A stretch of DNA of 64,000 nt from an uncultured Spirochaetales bacterium (GTDB lineage: Bacteria; Spirochaetota; Spirochaetia; CAYLLE01), in contig CAZUAE010000006.1 in the NCBI GenBank assembly GCA_964618265.1, positions 18,830 through 82,829 of the forward strand, written 5' to 3'. Of this stretch, positions 19,567 through 29,283 are shown piece by piece. Below the pieces are notes generated by a model, which was given only the letters and a program-made list of their open reading frames with translations, was not told where the DNA came from and searched no databases. Positions within the stretch are counted from its first letter, which is position 1. The number at the start of each line of letters is the position of its first letter. The position numbers were made by a program, and so were the translations under genes.

Positions 19567-21011
19567 TGGATCTTGCATCCTTTGAACAGAACCCCGGCGT
19601 CTTAGATGCTTTCTACGAAAAACACTACTTCTACCGTAAGAACTCTAAAGCTGTGGAATCACGGTACCGTACCCTGTCCCGCTGTTTCAGGAACCGTTTC
19701 GGCGGTTCGCATGCGCGAATTGCCCGTGCCCCGGGACGGGTGAACCTATTGGGGGAACATACCGATTATAACGGCGCCCCCGTATTACCCATGGCTTTGG
19801 ACCGGGATATAGCAGCTTTCTTTTACCCCCGCACAGATTCCCGAATTGTTATAAGTAACGCCCGGGAAAAATACGGAGAACGGGAATTCTCAGCGGAATC
19901 TGAAATTCCCCCCTATCAAACCGGAGACTGGGGTAATTATGCCAAGGCAGCCGTCCAGGGACTCACCAAATCGTTCCCGCGGGAGACCTATACCGGTTTT
20001 GACATGGCCATTGACGCGACCCTGCCCGCGGCGGGAGGCTTGAGTTCCTCATCTGCTTTGGTTGTACTTTGCGGTTTGGTTTTTACAAATGTAAATAAAT
20101 TACCGATTTCGAAAATGGAACTGGCAGATATCATGGCCGGAGCGGAGAAATATGTTGGTACTCAAGGGGGCGGCATGGATCAGGCGGCTTCCCTTCTTTC
20201 CGTTTCAGGCTGCGCTCTTAAAATAGATTTTAATCCTCTAAGGACCAGACCGGTGCCCTTGCCGGAAGGGTATGTCTTCGCGGTAGCTCACAGTACTGTT
20301 TCGGCCCCGAAAACCGAATTGGTGATGGACAGCTATAATAGCCGCTCCGCATCCTGCAGGATGGCGGCGGATATTATTTCCCGTCATCTGGTCTCAATGG
20401 GCACAAAGAAAAAAGATATCAGTCTTATCGGTGACTTGACGGAGGAAAAAACTAACATGCCGGAACCGGCAATCCGCAAGGAAGCCGAAGGAGTACTGGG
20501 GAAAGAAGGCTGGACTTTGAAAAGAGCTGCCTCTTTTCTAAGGATACCTATCCAAGAGGCCCGGGACCGGTATCTCCTGCGTAAGGACGGCACTTTCATG
20601 CAAGAGCCTGCGCATGGATTTCCGCTCTTAAAACGGTTTCGTCATGTTTACGAGGAGTGGCACCGGGTTGAAAAAGCCGCGTTAGTTTTAGAGCGGGGAG
20701 ACGCAGAAGAGTTCGGAAAACTGATGAACTCGAGCCACTATTCCTGCCGTGACCTTTTTGAAATAAGCTGTAAAGAACTCGATGTGTTAACGGAGACGGC
20801 CTTAAAGAAAGGTTCCTTAGGTTCACGTCTAAGCGGTGCAGGGTTCGGCGGCTGTACTGTCAATTTGGTCCCTGCCGGCAAAATGAGGGAGTTTATAGAG
20901 TCATTGAAAGATGACTATTACCGGGGTTACCTGGGAGTTATAGGAGACCTTTCTCATCTCGTGTTTCCCTGTAAAGCGGCAGGGGGTGCTGAGATTCCGC
21001 GGGTAAAATAA
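19563..21011 (+). CDS. GHMP-family sugar kinase, galactokinase-like, 482 aa with an internal ~90-aa insertion
   Basis: Galactokinase signature GRVNLLGEHTDYNG and GHMP ATP-binding motif PAAGGLSSSSALVV. The ATG at 19563 overlaps the upstream TGA in ATATGATGG. The ORF-track start at 19515 lies inside the dehydrogenase gene. Confidence 0.8.
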   Translation: MMDLASFEQNPGVLDAFYEKHYFYRKNSKAVESRYRTLSRCFRNRFGGSHARIARAPGRVNLLGEHTDYNGAPVLPMALDRDIAAFFYPRTDSRIVISNAREKYGEREFSAESEIPPYQTGDWGNYAKAAVQGLTKSFPRETYTGFDMAIDATLPAAGGLSSSSALVVLCGLVFTNVNKLPISKMELADIMAGAEKYVGTQGGGMDQAASLLSVSGCALKIDFNPLRTRPVPLPEGYVFAVAHSTVSAPKTELVMDSYNSRSASCRMAADIISRHLVSMGTKKKDISLIGDLTEEKTNMPEPAIRKEAEGVLGKEGWTLKRAASFLRIPIQEARDRYLLRKDGTFMQEPAHGFPLLKRFRHVYEEWHRVEKAALVLERGDAEEFGKLMNSSHYSCRDLFEISCKELDVLTETALKKGSLGSRLSGAGFGGCTVNLVPAGKMREFIESLKDDYYRGYLGVIGDLSHLVFPCKAAGGAEIPRVK

Positions 21012-21108
21012 CGGAAATTCCGTGACGCGTGTTTTTTTTATGCTTTGAGTGACATCCTCCATGTTTTTAGGTGTTTCATTACACAGAAACGTGCATAGGA
21101 GGCACCAA

Positions 21109-21501
21109 ATGAAAAAAGCAATAACAATTATAATAGTATTACTAGCTGTTCCCTCGGGAATTCTCTTTGCCTACGGAGGCGGCGGGGCATTTGTCGGTGA
21201 GTATATCTACGGTTTCTCCTGGGACACGTCGGAAATCGACTTTACCGGTATCCGGTATAAAGGCGGTTTCGGTTACGGTGTCGCTTCCGGCGGACACCGG
21301 GTAGGCGGGTTCGGGCTCAGCCTGTACGATTATCAGCACGAAGGTAACCTGGAACTGGGGGTAAAGATCTTCTCCTGGCTGCAAGTGTCGGGATTCGCCG
21401 GCTGGCAGACCCTGGGAAAACTCTTCACCTTTAAACCTGCAAACCCTTCTGACCCCTTTCATCCTATAGCGGGATTTCGTGTAACCTGGGGCAGCTTTTA
21501 A
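21109..21501 (+). CDS. Small secreted glycine/aromatic-rich protein
   Basis: MKKAITIIIVLLAVPSGILFA signal peptide preceded by AGGAGG. Gly-rich mature part with Tyr, Phe and Trp. The ORF-track start at 21049 adds 20 aa without SD. Confidence 0.5.
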   Translation: MKKAITIIIVLLAVPSGILFAYGGGGAFVGEYIYGFSWDTSEIDFTGIRYKGGFGYGVASGGHRVGGFGLSLYDYQHEGNLELGVKIFSWLQVSGFAGWQTLGKLFTFKPANPSDPFHPIAGFRVTWGSF

Positions 21502-21615
21502 AAGTCCCGGGGAGTAAGAAGGTAAACATAAATCGCAAATTTAAAATTGCTGTCTCTGTATCTTGATAGCAGACACGCCTTAACTTACAATGGTATCAGG
21601 AGGAATGAGAGATTT

Positions 21616-23253
21616 GTGAAAAAGACAAAGAAAAACCCCATCATCCTGGTTGCGGATGATAATGACCTAAACCGGAAAATAGTAAAAGCCAATTTTAGAG
21701 ACAGCCAGTATCAGATAATAGAGGCGGTGAATGGAAAAGAGGCTGTTCAGTCTGCCATTGAGCACGAACCGGATCTGATACTTATGGATATTATGATGCC
21801 GGAAATGGATGGTCTCGAAGCAATAAAAGCAATCAAGGCAAATAGCAAAACCGGGAGAATTCCCGTTATCGCCCTAACGGCTCTAAACGACCGGGAGGAC
21901 CGAATAAAGGCTTTTGAATGCGGCGCTATGGATTTTATAACAAAACCCTTTGACCGGTTTGAACTTATTGCTATAGTAAGTTCCTACTTAAAGTTCTCGC
22001 TGTTAAACAAGAAGTATATACTATCCACGATAAACCCAAGAACCGATTTGCCCAATAAGGCAGCGTTTCGGGAAAAGATACGGGAAGAGCAGAATGTTGT
22101 TCTCTGTCTGATGAAGTTGGACGACATTGACACTATAACGAGGTTTTACGGCGAAGATACCGGTGCCGCGATAGAACGGTCCTTTGCAGGTTTTCTCAAT
22201 CGGCATTTCCCTGAAAACCACCGGGACAAATGCCGTCTTTACCATTTTGACCGCGGGACTTTCGGCTTTTTATTTGATACCGCCGAAGAAACTTTATCCA
22301 AAACTGAATTAATCCGGATGAACGATCACCTTCACCAAAAGATGGTAGAATTCCGGGAAGAGATATCCGAGGGTGAATATGATATAGATTTTGCCACTAC
22401 CGTTACCTATTACCGTGAGAATATGCTGCCTTCAGCTGAATTAGTGCTGGAACAAGCGCTTAAACGGAAACTAAAAATCCTTTTTACCCATGAGGTAATC
22501 GAAGAAATATCGGATGAAATCAAGCAAAACATTCATTGGTTAAAGGAGATCCGGGAAGCGGTGGAAGATGATCGGATAATACCCTTCTTTCAACCCATTA
22601 TGAACAATAGAACGGGAAAAATAGAAAAGTATGAGGCCCTTGTGCGGATGATAGGTCCTGACGGCACCATACACTCTCCCGGTGTTTTTCTTGGAATAGC
22701 TAAAAAATCTAAGTATTATCCGGATATTACCAAAGCGGTTATTTCTAAAGCTGTGGAAACTTTTAAAAGACGAAGTGAATCAGTTTCAATTAATGTTTCT
22801 GTCTTAGATATTGAAAATCCTGATATTAGGGAGTTTTTATACGGATGTTTGAACAGAAATCCTGAGATACGGGGAAGGCTTGTTATTGAAATGGTGGAGC
22901 AGGAAGGTGTAACCCACGATAAAGCGATACGGGAATTCATTAAAGAGGTAAAAAAGTTCGGCGTAAAGGTTGCCATCGATGACTTCGGCAGCGGATACTC
23001 TAATTTTAGAAGAATAGTTGATCTAAAGGCCCATTATGTCAAAATTGATGGAAGCTTAATACAAAATGTGCCGGGAGACCGGGATACATGTATTGTGGTA
23101 GAAATTATTAAGGAATTAGCTGTAAAATCTTCTATGGAAGTTACAGCGGAGTTTGTAGAAAGTAAGGAAGCACAAGAGTATCTCTCTTCAATCGGGATCG
23201 AGTATTCACAAGGTTATTTTATCGGGCAACCCAAACGATACCCGGATGAATAG
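21616..23253 (+). CDS. Response regulator with REC, a degenerate GGDEF and an EAL domain (c-di-GMP phosphodiesterase)
   Basis: REC motifs (ILVADD...LILMDIMMP...KP). The central domain has GGDEF-like topology but the motif is replaced by HFDRGTFGF. EAL motifs are intact: YEALVRM, DDFGSGYS, KIDGSLI, EFVES. Probable GTG start at 21616, 10 nt after GGAGG. Confidence 0.8.
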   Translation: MKKTKKNPIILVADDNDLNRKIVKANFRDSQYQIIEAVNGKEAVQSAIEHEPDLILMDIMMPEMDGLEAIKAIKANSKTGRIPVIALTALNDREDRIKAFECGAMDFITKPFDRFELIAIVSSYLKFSLLNKKYILSTINPRTDLPNKAAFREKIREEQNVVLCLMKLDDIDTITRFYGEDTGAAIERSFAGFLNRHFPENHRDKCRLYHFDRGTFGFLFDTAEETLSKTELIRMNDHLHQKMVEFREEISEGEYDIDFATTVTYYRENMLPSAELVLEQALKRKLKILFTHEVIEEISDEIKQNIHWLKEIREAVEDDRIIPFFQPIMNNRTGKIEKYEALVRMIGPDGTIHSPGVFLGIAKKSKYYPDITKAVISKAVETFKRRSESVSINVSVLDIENPDIREFLYGCLNRNPEIRGRLVIEMVEQEGVTHDKAIREFIKEVKKFGVKVAIDDFGSGYSNFRRIVDLKAHYVKIDGSLIQNVPGDRDTCIVVEIIKELAVKSSMEVTAEFVESKEAQEYLSSIGIEYSQGYFIGQPKRYPDE

Positions 23254-24277
23254 GAAGATGTCACTGCAGGTATTTAAAAAAATCCGAATAGCTGTATTGG
23301 GGGCTGGAAGCACCAGCAAAATCATATCTGTCTATTTAACTAAAGCGGGTTATGATGTCACTATTGTAACAGGATGTGTTGACGCGGCCAGAATCATCGA
23401 TTTTCAGGGCATCACAATAATGAACAGCAGGTATCCCGGCAGAAACCGGATTAAAGCGGTTACGGTACTGGAAGAACTGGAAGCTGTTCCGGATCTTATA
23501 CTCCTCTGTGTAGAACCTGCTGATTTACAGGAAGAGTATTTTCAACTAATAGAGTATGTTTCTGAAGGAACCGTATTAGTCTGTTTTCAATCAATGATGC
23601 AGGAAGAAATTCTTAAAAAATCTCTTCCGGCAGGGAAAATAGTGGCGGGAATAATTGATTGGAGTTCCAGAATTAATGCGCGGGGGAGTTATTCAATAAC
23701 ATCGAACGGCGCTTTCTATTTAGGTCCTTCTAGAGCTGTAATGTCCGCTATCCTCAATATGACGGGTCAAATACTTTCTTCAGTTGCGCCGGTGAAGATA
23801 GCGGAAGATTTTGACGGCTATCGGTGGAGTAAACTAATCTTTGATGCCGCAATAAATGGATTAGGTGTTGCCTTTGGTTGCGCCCTTGGAGAAATACTTA
23901 CGGCAAGGAAGGCGAGGGAAATAGCTGTCATTCTGATGGGAGAATTGCTGGATATCCTCAATGGACTAGATGTTACTCCAGCAAAAATTGGAGCCATGGA
24001 CTTTGCGGTATTTGCGGATAGAAGCTCCATCAAGGGACGCCTGACTTGTCATGCTGTGCTTGTTGAATTCGCGGAAACTAACAGATATAGAGCATCCCTT
24101 GATATTTCCTCTGTTCAGATTACTCAACAGTATTTACTCGATCAAGGAGCAGCACAGGATATTTCCCTCCCCTTTAATCGTAAGCTGTTTTACCTCATAA
24201 ATAAGATACAAAGCGGTGAAATAAAGCCGTCTATAAAAAACCTATCCTTGTTTACATTAGTAAAAAGGCAATTCTGA
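23246..24277 (+). CDS. 2-dehydropantoate 2-reductase (ApbA/PanE) family oxidoreductase
   Basis: Rossmann IAVLGAGSTS near the N-terminus and PanE-like length. The start may be the ATG at 23258 (MSLQVF...). Confidence 0.6.
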   Translation: MNRKMSLQVFKKIRIAVLGAGSTSKIISVYLTKAGYDVTIVTGCVDAARIIDFQGITIMNSRYPGRNRIKAVTVLEELEAVPDLILLCVEPADLQEEYFQLIEYVSEGTVLVCFQSMMQEEILKKSLPAGKIVAGIIDWSSRINARGSYSITSNGAFYLGPSRAVMSAILNMTGQILSSVAPVKIAEDFDGYRWSKLIFDAAINGLGVAFGCALGEILTARKAREIAVILMGELLDILNGLDVTPAKIGAMDFAVFADRSSIKGRLTCHAVLVEFAETNRYRASLDISSVQITQQYLLDQGAAQDISLPFNRKLFYLINKIQSGEIKPSIKNLSLFTLVKRQF

Positions 24278-24391
24278 ATTTTGATTCTTTTAATTCTTTC
24301 GGATTTAAGAAATTAATGGTATAGTAACAGTCAGACCTTTGTATATCTCAAAAACGGATACTGGTTTTTATAAGATAACTAAGATAAAAAT

Positions 24392-25210
24392 ATGACTGAG
24401 CGTACTGTAATTGAAAAATCTGAATGTCCTGTTACCTTATCCAGCCTTATTAAGGATTTTACCGGACTCGGATTAGAACGCGGTTCCGTTGTTATTGTTC
24501 ACTCCTCGTTAAGTTCGATAGGGTGGGTTTGCGGGGGACCGGTTGCTGTTATACTCGCCTTAGAGGAGATTCTCAGAATATATGGTACCCTTGTTATGCC
24601 TGCCCATTCCGGAGATTTAACGGACCCGAGCGGATGGAACAATCCGCCTGTTCCTGAAGAATGGTGGGAGACCATACGGCAGGAAATGCCTTGCTTTGAT
24701 CCGGAATTTACTCCATCGAGGGGGATGGGGATCATCCCGGAAACATTCAGGAGACAGCTTGATGTCCTTAGAAGCAACCACCCCGTCGTTTCCTTTGCCG
24801 CTTGGGGAGAAAAAGCGTTTGATATCACAGCCGATCATTCCCTGGAATTTTCTTTAGGGGAGAATTCCCCGCTGGGTAAACTGTATACTTTAGATGCCTG
24901 GGTTCTGTTGTTAGGAGTAGGGTTTGACCGGAATACTTCTTTCCATCTTGCGGAATACAGATGTGATTATCCCAAACGCGAGATAATTCCCTGCAGTTCT
25001 CCTGTTCTTATTGATGGACACAGGCGGTGGAAACGTTATGAGGATATAAATTATGATTCCAGTGATTTTGAAAAGTTAGGACGCTCGTTTTTAAGGGATA
25101 ATAAACAGAAAATAAAGGCAGGCAAGATCGGCAAAGCAGCGTGTTATTTATTCCCCGCAAAACTCTGTGTCGATTATGCTGTAGATTGGATGACTAGAAA
25201 GAGACGCTAA
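24392..25210 (+). CDS. Aminoglycoside N(3)-acetyltransferase family (AAC(3)/Antibiotic_NAT fold) protein
   Basis: VHSSLSSIGWVCGGP, the hallmark AAC(3)-family N-terminal motif, and 272-aa length. The stop overlaps the kinase start as TAATG. Confidence 0.75.
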   Translation: MTERTVIEKSECPVTLSSLIKDFTGLGLERGSVVIVHSSLSSIGWVCGGPVAVILALEEILRIYGTLVMPAHSGDLTDPSGWNNPPVPEEWWETIRQEMPCFDPEFTPSRGMGIIPETFRRQLDVLRSNHPVVSFAAWGEKAFDITADHSLEFSLGENSPLGKLYTLDAWVLLLGVGFDRNTSFHLAEYRCDYPKREIIPCSSPVLIDGHRRWKRYEDINYDSSDFEKLGRSFLRDNKQKIKAGKIGKAACYLFPAKLCVDYAVDWMTRKRR

Positions 25211-27771
25211 TGTCCCATAGAAGAAAAGTTTTTTTAATATTCAGCACAGCTTTCCTCGCTTTCGTTCTTTTTCTGCTATTATTTTCTTTTCTTCATTTAA
25301 AGGGAGTAAGAGATTTTTTAAAAGAACAGCTTCTCTACCAGGGGAATATAGCTGCTTCTCATTACACCCTCACTTCACATCTTCCCGAAACCTTATCATA
25401 TGATAACGGTAACCAGGGGTTTTTTATTATCCGGAGAAACAATACGGAAACCTACAAGAATCAAATTGTTCGCGTTAATAAGCTTACAAGCAATCAGAAA
25501 TCCGGGTCCGCGGTGTTTACCGAATCTCTGAGATTACCGGACGGAAAGGCACAGAATTGTCTGGTTTACCTTCATCCCTTGACTGAAGAAAACACCTATC
25601 TTGGTTCTTATATATCCTTAGAAAAGATCAATAGTCTCTATTACCAATATTTCGGTATTTTTTCCGGGATCTGTTTTGTTATTTTGGGAATGACCGGAAC
25701 AGTGTTTATAAGGAGCGGAGGCGGCAGTACTCCTGTTTTTAAAAACCAGCTCCTGTATTCCAATGAGATACATAATGGATACAGTGAAATTAAAGAAGAA
25801 CAGGAGGATGATACAGCCTGGTGGTTGGAGAAAGAGATCCGGGATCATAAACGCGATGTAGAGCGATTAAAGGAGACCCAGCGAACATTAAGAACACTTA
25901 TTGGAAATCTTCCGGGTATCATCTACCGGTCATTGGATGTGGAAAAACAGAATCTGCTCTATATAAGTTCGGGAGTAAGAGGTCTCACCGGTTATGAACC
26001 CGATGACTTAATATATTTGAAACGAGAAACATGGAAAAGCAGAGTTCCCCAGGAGGAATGGGAACTTTTAGTCGAAGAAATAGAGGAATCGGTAAACCGC
26101 GGTAAAAATTTCACCGTAGATTATACCTATATTACAAAGGACGGTCAAAGAAAAAAGTTTTTAGAGCAGGGACAGCCGATTTGCAGTGCAGACGGTAAAA
26201 TACGCTATATTGAGGGATTTATTTATGATATCACGGCGCAGAAGAAAATAGAAGAAGCTCTCCTTGAGAGTAATAAAAACTTGGCAACGACCCTAACGAG
26301 TATTGGTGACGGTGTTGTAGTAACGGACGAGGAAGGAATTATCGGCAAAATAAATCCTGCTGCTCAGGAAATTGCCGGTCTTTCTAACAGGGAAGCCTTA
26401 GGAAGGTTTTTCGGGGATGTGTTTTCTTTTATAATTTTAGGTGGAGGTAACTCCTGCGATCCCATTGAGGAAGTTAAACGTACAGACAGCATATACGAAG
26501 AAGAAGGGTATGTCCTGTTTACGTCCGCGAGAGGAAAAAAGCATTACGGTGCACTAACTGCTGCCCCTATACGGGACACAAATGGTATAGTAATCGTGAT
26601 AAAAGATCAGACTGTCCGGTACCATATAGAATCAGCTCTCCAATCTAGTAACGAGCGGTTTAAGACCTTGTTTGAATTTGCCCCTGATGGACTTGCGTTA
26701 GCGGATTATAGGACCGGACGTTACTTAGAGGGGAATAGAAAACTCCTATCCCTATTTGGAATAACCAAAGAAGAATTATCTCTATGTTACATAGGGGATT
26801 TTTTATCATCAATAGATGGAATAGGGAGAACAGATATAAAAATTTATACCAAGAAAAAAATACAATCCGTTGATCTTCAGGACGAACTCAATTTAGGAGA
26901 AGTGAAGATAAGGAGCAGGCATGGAGAAGAGATAGAGTGTGAGTTGAGGATGGTGAAATTTATTGAGGGAGGGCGCACTGTCATTCGATTAAGCCTCTTG
27001 GATATCAGGGAGCGTAAAAAGGCGCAACGCGAAGAAAAGCTGAAGGAGCAGAAACTTCTGCAAGCAGATAAGCTTGCATCTGTCGGACAACTTGCCGCGG
27101 GAATTGCCCATGAAATAGCTCAGCCCCTTTCGGGAATATCCATGACCGCGGAATATCTTATCTACACAAGCGATGACCCGTCAAATAAAGAAGATGTGAA
27201 GGATAGAATGTATACAATTCTTCAATATATAGACCGTATTCAATCTATAACAAAACATGTACGGATGTTCTCCCGTGAGCAGACTTCCTCCCCGGATACA
27301 ACCTTTTCGGTCAATGAGGCAGTGACAAACTCACGTTCCCTGGTAAGCAATCAATACCGCAGACTGGGAATTAATGTGGATATGGATTTAGATATGAATA
27401 TTTCTCCCATTATTGGCAATGTATACCGGTTAGAACAGGTCATCATCAATCTTCTTTCAAATGCTAAGGATGCTTTAGAAGAAATGGGAGAAGATAACGG
27501 GGACAGTAAAAGGATTTTTATAAAAACCTATCATGAGGATAAATGGGTCTGTATAGATGTCCGGGATAACGGTGTTGGTATCAAGAAGGAGGACATGGAA
27601 AAAGTATTCGATCCTTTTTACACCACAAAGGGTGTTGAGGAGGGTACCGGACTCGGTCTTTCCATTGTAAATGGAATTCTAAAAGAGATGAAAGGCGCAA
27701 TGGAAATCGAAAGTGTACCCGGAGAATATACCGTCATGAAACTGCGTTTTCCAGCTCAACTTCGCGGATGA
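25210..27771 (+). CDS. Multi-PAS membrane sensor histidine kinase
   Basis: N-terminal TM, several PAS-like repeats, H-box AAGIAHEIAQPL, N-box INLLSNAKDA, G-boxes RDNGVGI and GTGLGL. Confidence 0.85.
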   Translation: MSHRRKVFLIFSTAFLAFVLFLLLFSFLHLKGVRDFLKEQLLYQGNIAASHYTLTSHLPETLSYDNGNQGFFIIRRNNTETYKNQIVRVNKLTSNQKSGSAVFTESLRLPDGKAQNCLVYLHPLTEENTYLGSYISLEKINSLYYQYFGIFSGICFVILGMTGTVFIRSGGGSTPVFKNQLLYSNEIHNGYSEIKEEQEDDTAWWLEKEIRDHKRDVERLKETQRTLRTLIGNLPGIIYRSLDVEKQNLLYISSGVRGLTGYEPDDLIYLKRETWKSRVPQEEWELLVEEIEESVNRGKNFTVDYTYITKDGQRKKFLEQGQPICSADGKIRYIEGFIYDITAQKKIEEALLESNKNLATTLTSIGDGVVVTDEEGIIGKINPAAQEIAGLSNREALGRFFGDVFSFIILGGGNSCDPIEEVKRTDSIYEEEGYVLFTSARGKKHYGALTAAPIRDTNGIVIVIKDQTVRYHIESALQSSNERFKTLFEFAPDGLALADYRTGRYLEGNRKLLSLFGITKEELSLCYIGDFLSSIDGIGRTDIKIYTKKKIQSVDLQDELNLGEVKIRSRHGEEIECELRMVKFIEGGRTVIRLSLLDIRERKKAQREEKLKEQKLLQADKLASVGQLAAGIAHEIAQPLSGISMTAEYLIYTSDDPSNKEDVKDRMYTILQYIDRIQSITKHVRMFSREQTSSPDTTFSVNEAVTNSRSLVSNQYRRLGINVDMDLDMNISPIIGNVYRLEQVIINLLSNAKDALEEMGEDNGDSKRIFIKTYHEDKWVCIDVRDNGVGIKKEDMEKVFDPFYTTKGVEEGTGLGLSIVNGILKEMKGAMEIESVPGEYTVMKLRFPAQLRG

Positions 27772-27864
27772 CAAAAGAAAATAAATCAGCCTCAAATGTT
27801 AGAAATTCCCGGCGTATATCTGCATGAGTAGGAATGCGCGGGAATGAAAATGGGGATTCCTGAA

Positions 27865-28362
27865 TTATCGTTTGTTGATGATTTTATCCCGAACGCCAAA
27901 AAAATCGGAGATAGATTTTACGTGGGTGGCAATAAAGACTAAGGCATATATTGTTACGGCACTACCTAAAAGAATGCCGATGGCTATTTCTATGGTTCCT
28001 CCAAAAGCTTCCTTTACCCATCGAAAGGCTGTGCTGAATTGGAGGAGCATAATACTGCATAGAATTATAAAACCGGCACCAATCCAATTGAAAAGGGGCA
28101 TTTTATGTTCCTTTACCGGAACAATCCCCTCCTTCTCTTGGATACAGTAAACCGATTTCATTATCTCTTCCGGGAGATTCGGCGGAACATCAACGGTATT
28201 ATTCCTTTGAAGCAAGGCGATAACGCGTTCCGTTTCCCGAGCTGTTTGCGCGCATTTATTACAGTTCATAATATGTTCTTGAATTTCTTCACTGAAAGGT
28301 TGGTTAGGATCCGCTTCCATTATCTTTTTAATAATCTCATTACAATTCATTAATACCTCCAT
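27865..28362 (-). CDS. Zinc-finger (ZAS-type) anti-sigma factor, membrane-anchored
   Basis: H-x3-C-x2-C motif (HIMNCNKCAQ) in the N-terminal cytoplasmic domain, then TM helices. Overlaps the ECF sigma gene. Confidence 0.65.
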   Translation of the reverse strand: MEVLMNCNEIIKKIMEADPNQPFSEEIQEHIMNCNKCAQTARETERVIALLQRNNTVDVPPNLPEEIMKSVYCIQEKEGIVPVKEHKMPLFNWIGAGFIILCSIMLLQFSTAFRWVKEAFGGTIEIAIGILLGSAVTIYALVFIATHVKSISDFFGVRDKIINKR

Positions 28363-28934
28363 CCTCTTTCCTCAAGGGAATCCCTTAAAATCCGTTTCCC
28401 TCTTCGGATATTGGATTTTATCGTATTTACCGGAATTCCGGTTATTTCAGAAATCTCTCTATAACTAAAATCAAAGAAAAAAGAAAAATCTATGCAGAGA
28501 GAGTATTTCTTTGGAAGCTTTTTAAGTGCAGCATGAAGACAATTTTTCAGCTCCCGGTTAACCTCCCGGGATTCCGGTAAATCCGCCGTTTGGTTATTAA
28601 AAGAATAATTCCTTTCATCCTCAGTGTATTCAGCGGTTTCTATATCCCTTTTTCCTCCTGCCGCCTTATCTATACCATAATTATAAGCTATTTTTGTAAG
28701 CCATGTAAAAAAACGGGATTTTTTTTTAAAAGATCCTATGTTGCGGAATGCTTTAGTAAAAACATCCTGGGTATAATCTTTCGCATCCTCCCGGTTATGA
28801 AAAAATTTCAGACCGAGAAAAAATATCCCCCTGTTATGCCGATCAACTAAAATGCTGAAACATTCTGTATCGCCCCTTTTTACGAGGTCAACTATCTCTT
28901 GATCGGTCAATTCGTTATGCCGTTCTTCCATCAC
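28350..28934 (-). CDS. ECF-subfamily RNA polymerase sigma factor
   Basis: Sigma-70 region 2 (YTQDVFTKAFRNIGSF...FFTWLTKIAYN) and region 4 (LPKKYSLCIDFSFFFDFSYREISEITGIPVNTIKSNIRRGK). Confidence 0.85.
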   Translation of the reverse strand: MMEERHNELTDQEIVDLVKRGDTECFSILVDRHNRGIFFLGLKFFHNREDAKDYTQDVFTKAFRNIGSFKKKSRFFTWLTKIAYNYGIDKAAGGKRDIETAEYTEDERNYSFNNQTADLPESREVNRELKNCLHAALKKLPKKYSLCIDFSFFFDFSYREISEITGIPVNTIKSNIRRGKRILRDSLEERGWRY

Positions 28935-29272
28935 TTGCGAAATATTTTTCTTCTGATAATAAAAAATGATATAAAACTAATACCGATTGCCAGAGGAATT
29001 AATCCCCCTAAAAGGTCGTAACCGGAATTCCCGATTGCCAAGAAGAAGATTGAAAGGACAAAGCCTATTCCTAATGTCAGGAGTCCGGACAGGAGACTGA
29101 ATGTGTCTATATCAAAGTTGCTTTGGGGGCTCATCCCCTTCTGGATCATATAGACCTTTTGTTTGTGATTCCAGAAAAGATAAAAAAAGATTACGATACC
29201 CCCGATTACAATACCCACAATAGGAATTACCGTTACCAGTACTTGTGCGGCTTGACTAGGAACTGTACTCAT
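28931..29272 (-). CDS. Small three-TM membrane protein of unknown function
   Basis: 113 aa with three hydrophobic segments. SD GGAGGAG lies 5 nt before the ATG, immediately after the rSAM stop. 4-bp overlap with the sigma gene. Confidence 0.55.
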   Translation of the reverse strand: MSTVPSQAAQVLVTVIPIVGIVIGGIVIFFYLFWNHKQKVYMIQKGMSPQSNFDIDTFSLLSGLLTLGIGFVLSIFFLAIGNSGYDLLGGLIPLAIGISFISFFIIRRKIFRK

Positions 29273-29283
29273 TCATTCTCCTC

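Noticed and set aside
21011-21045. Terminator after the GHMP kinase gene (ACGGA-aat-TCCGT plus a T8 run)
   Set aside because: The stem is only 5 bp and the T-run is separated from it by GACGCGTG, so folding energy is probably too weak to call with confidence. Left unannotated.
24392-25210. Calling the AAC(3)-family gene an acquired resistance cassette
   Set aside because: No flanking mobile-element signatures, such as integrase, attC/59-be, IS ends or a GC shift visible by eye. It is embedded in a signalling operon. It is treated as a chromosomal family member of uncertain substrate.
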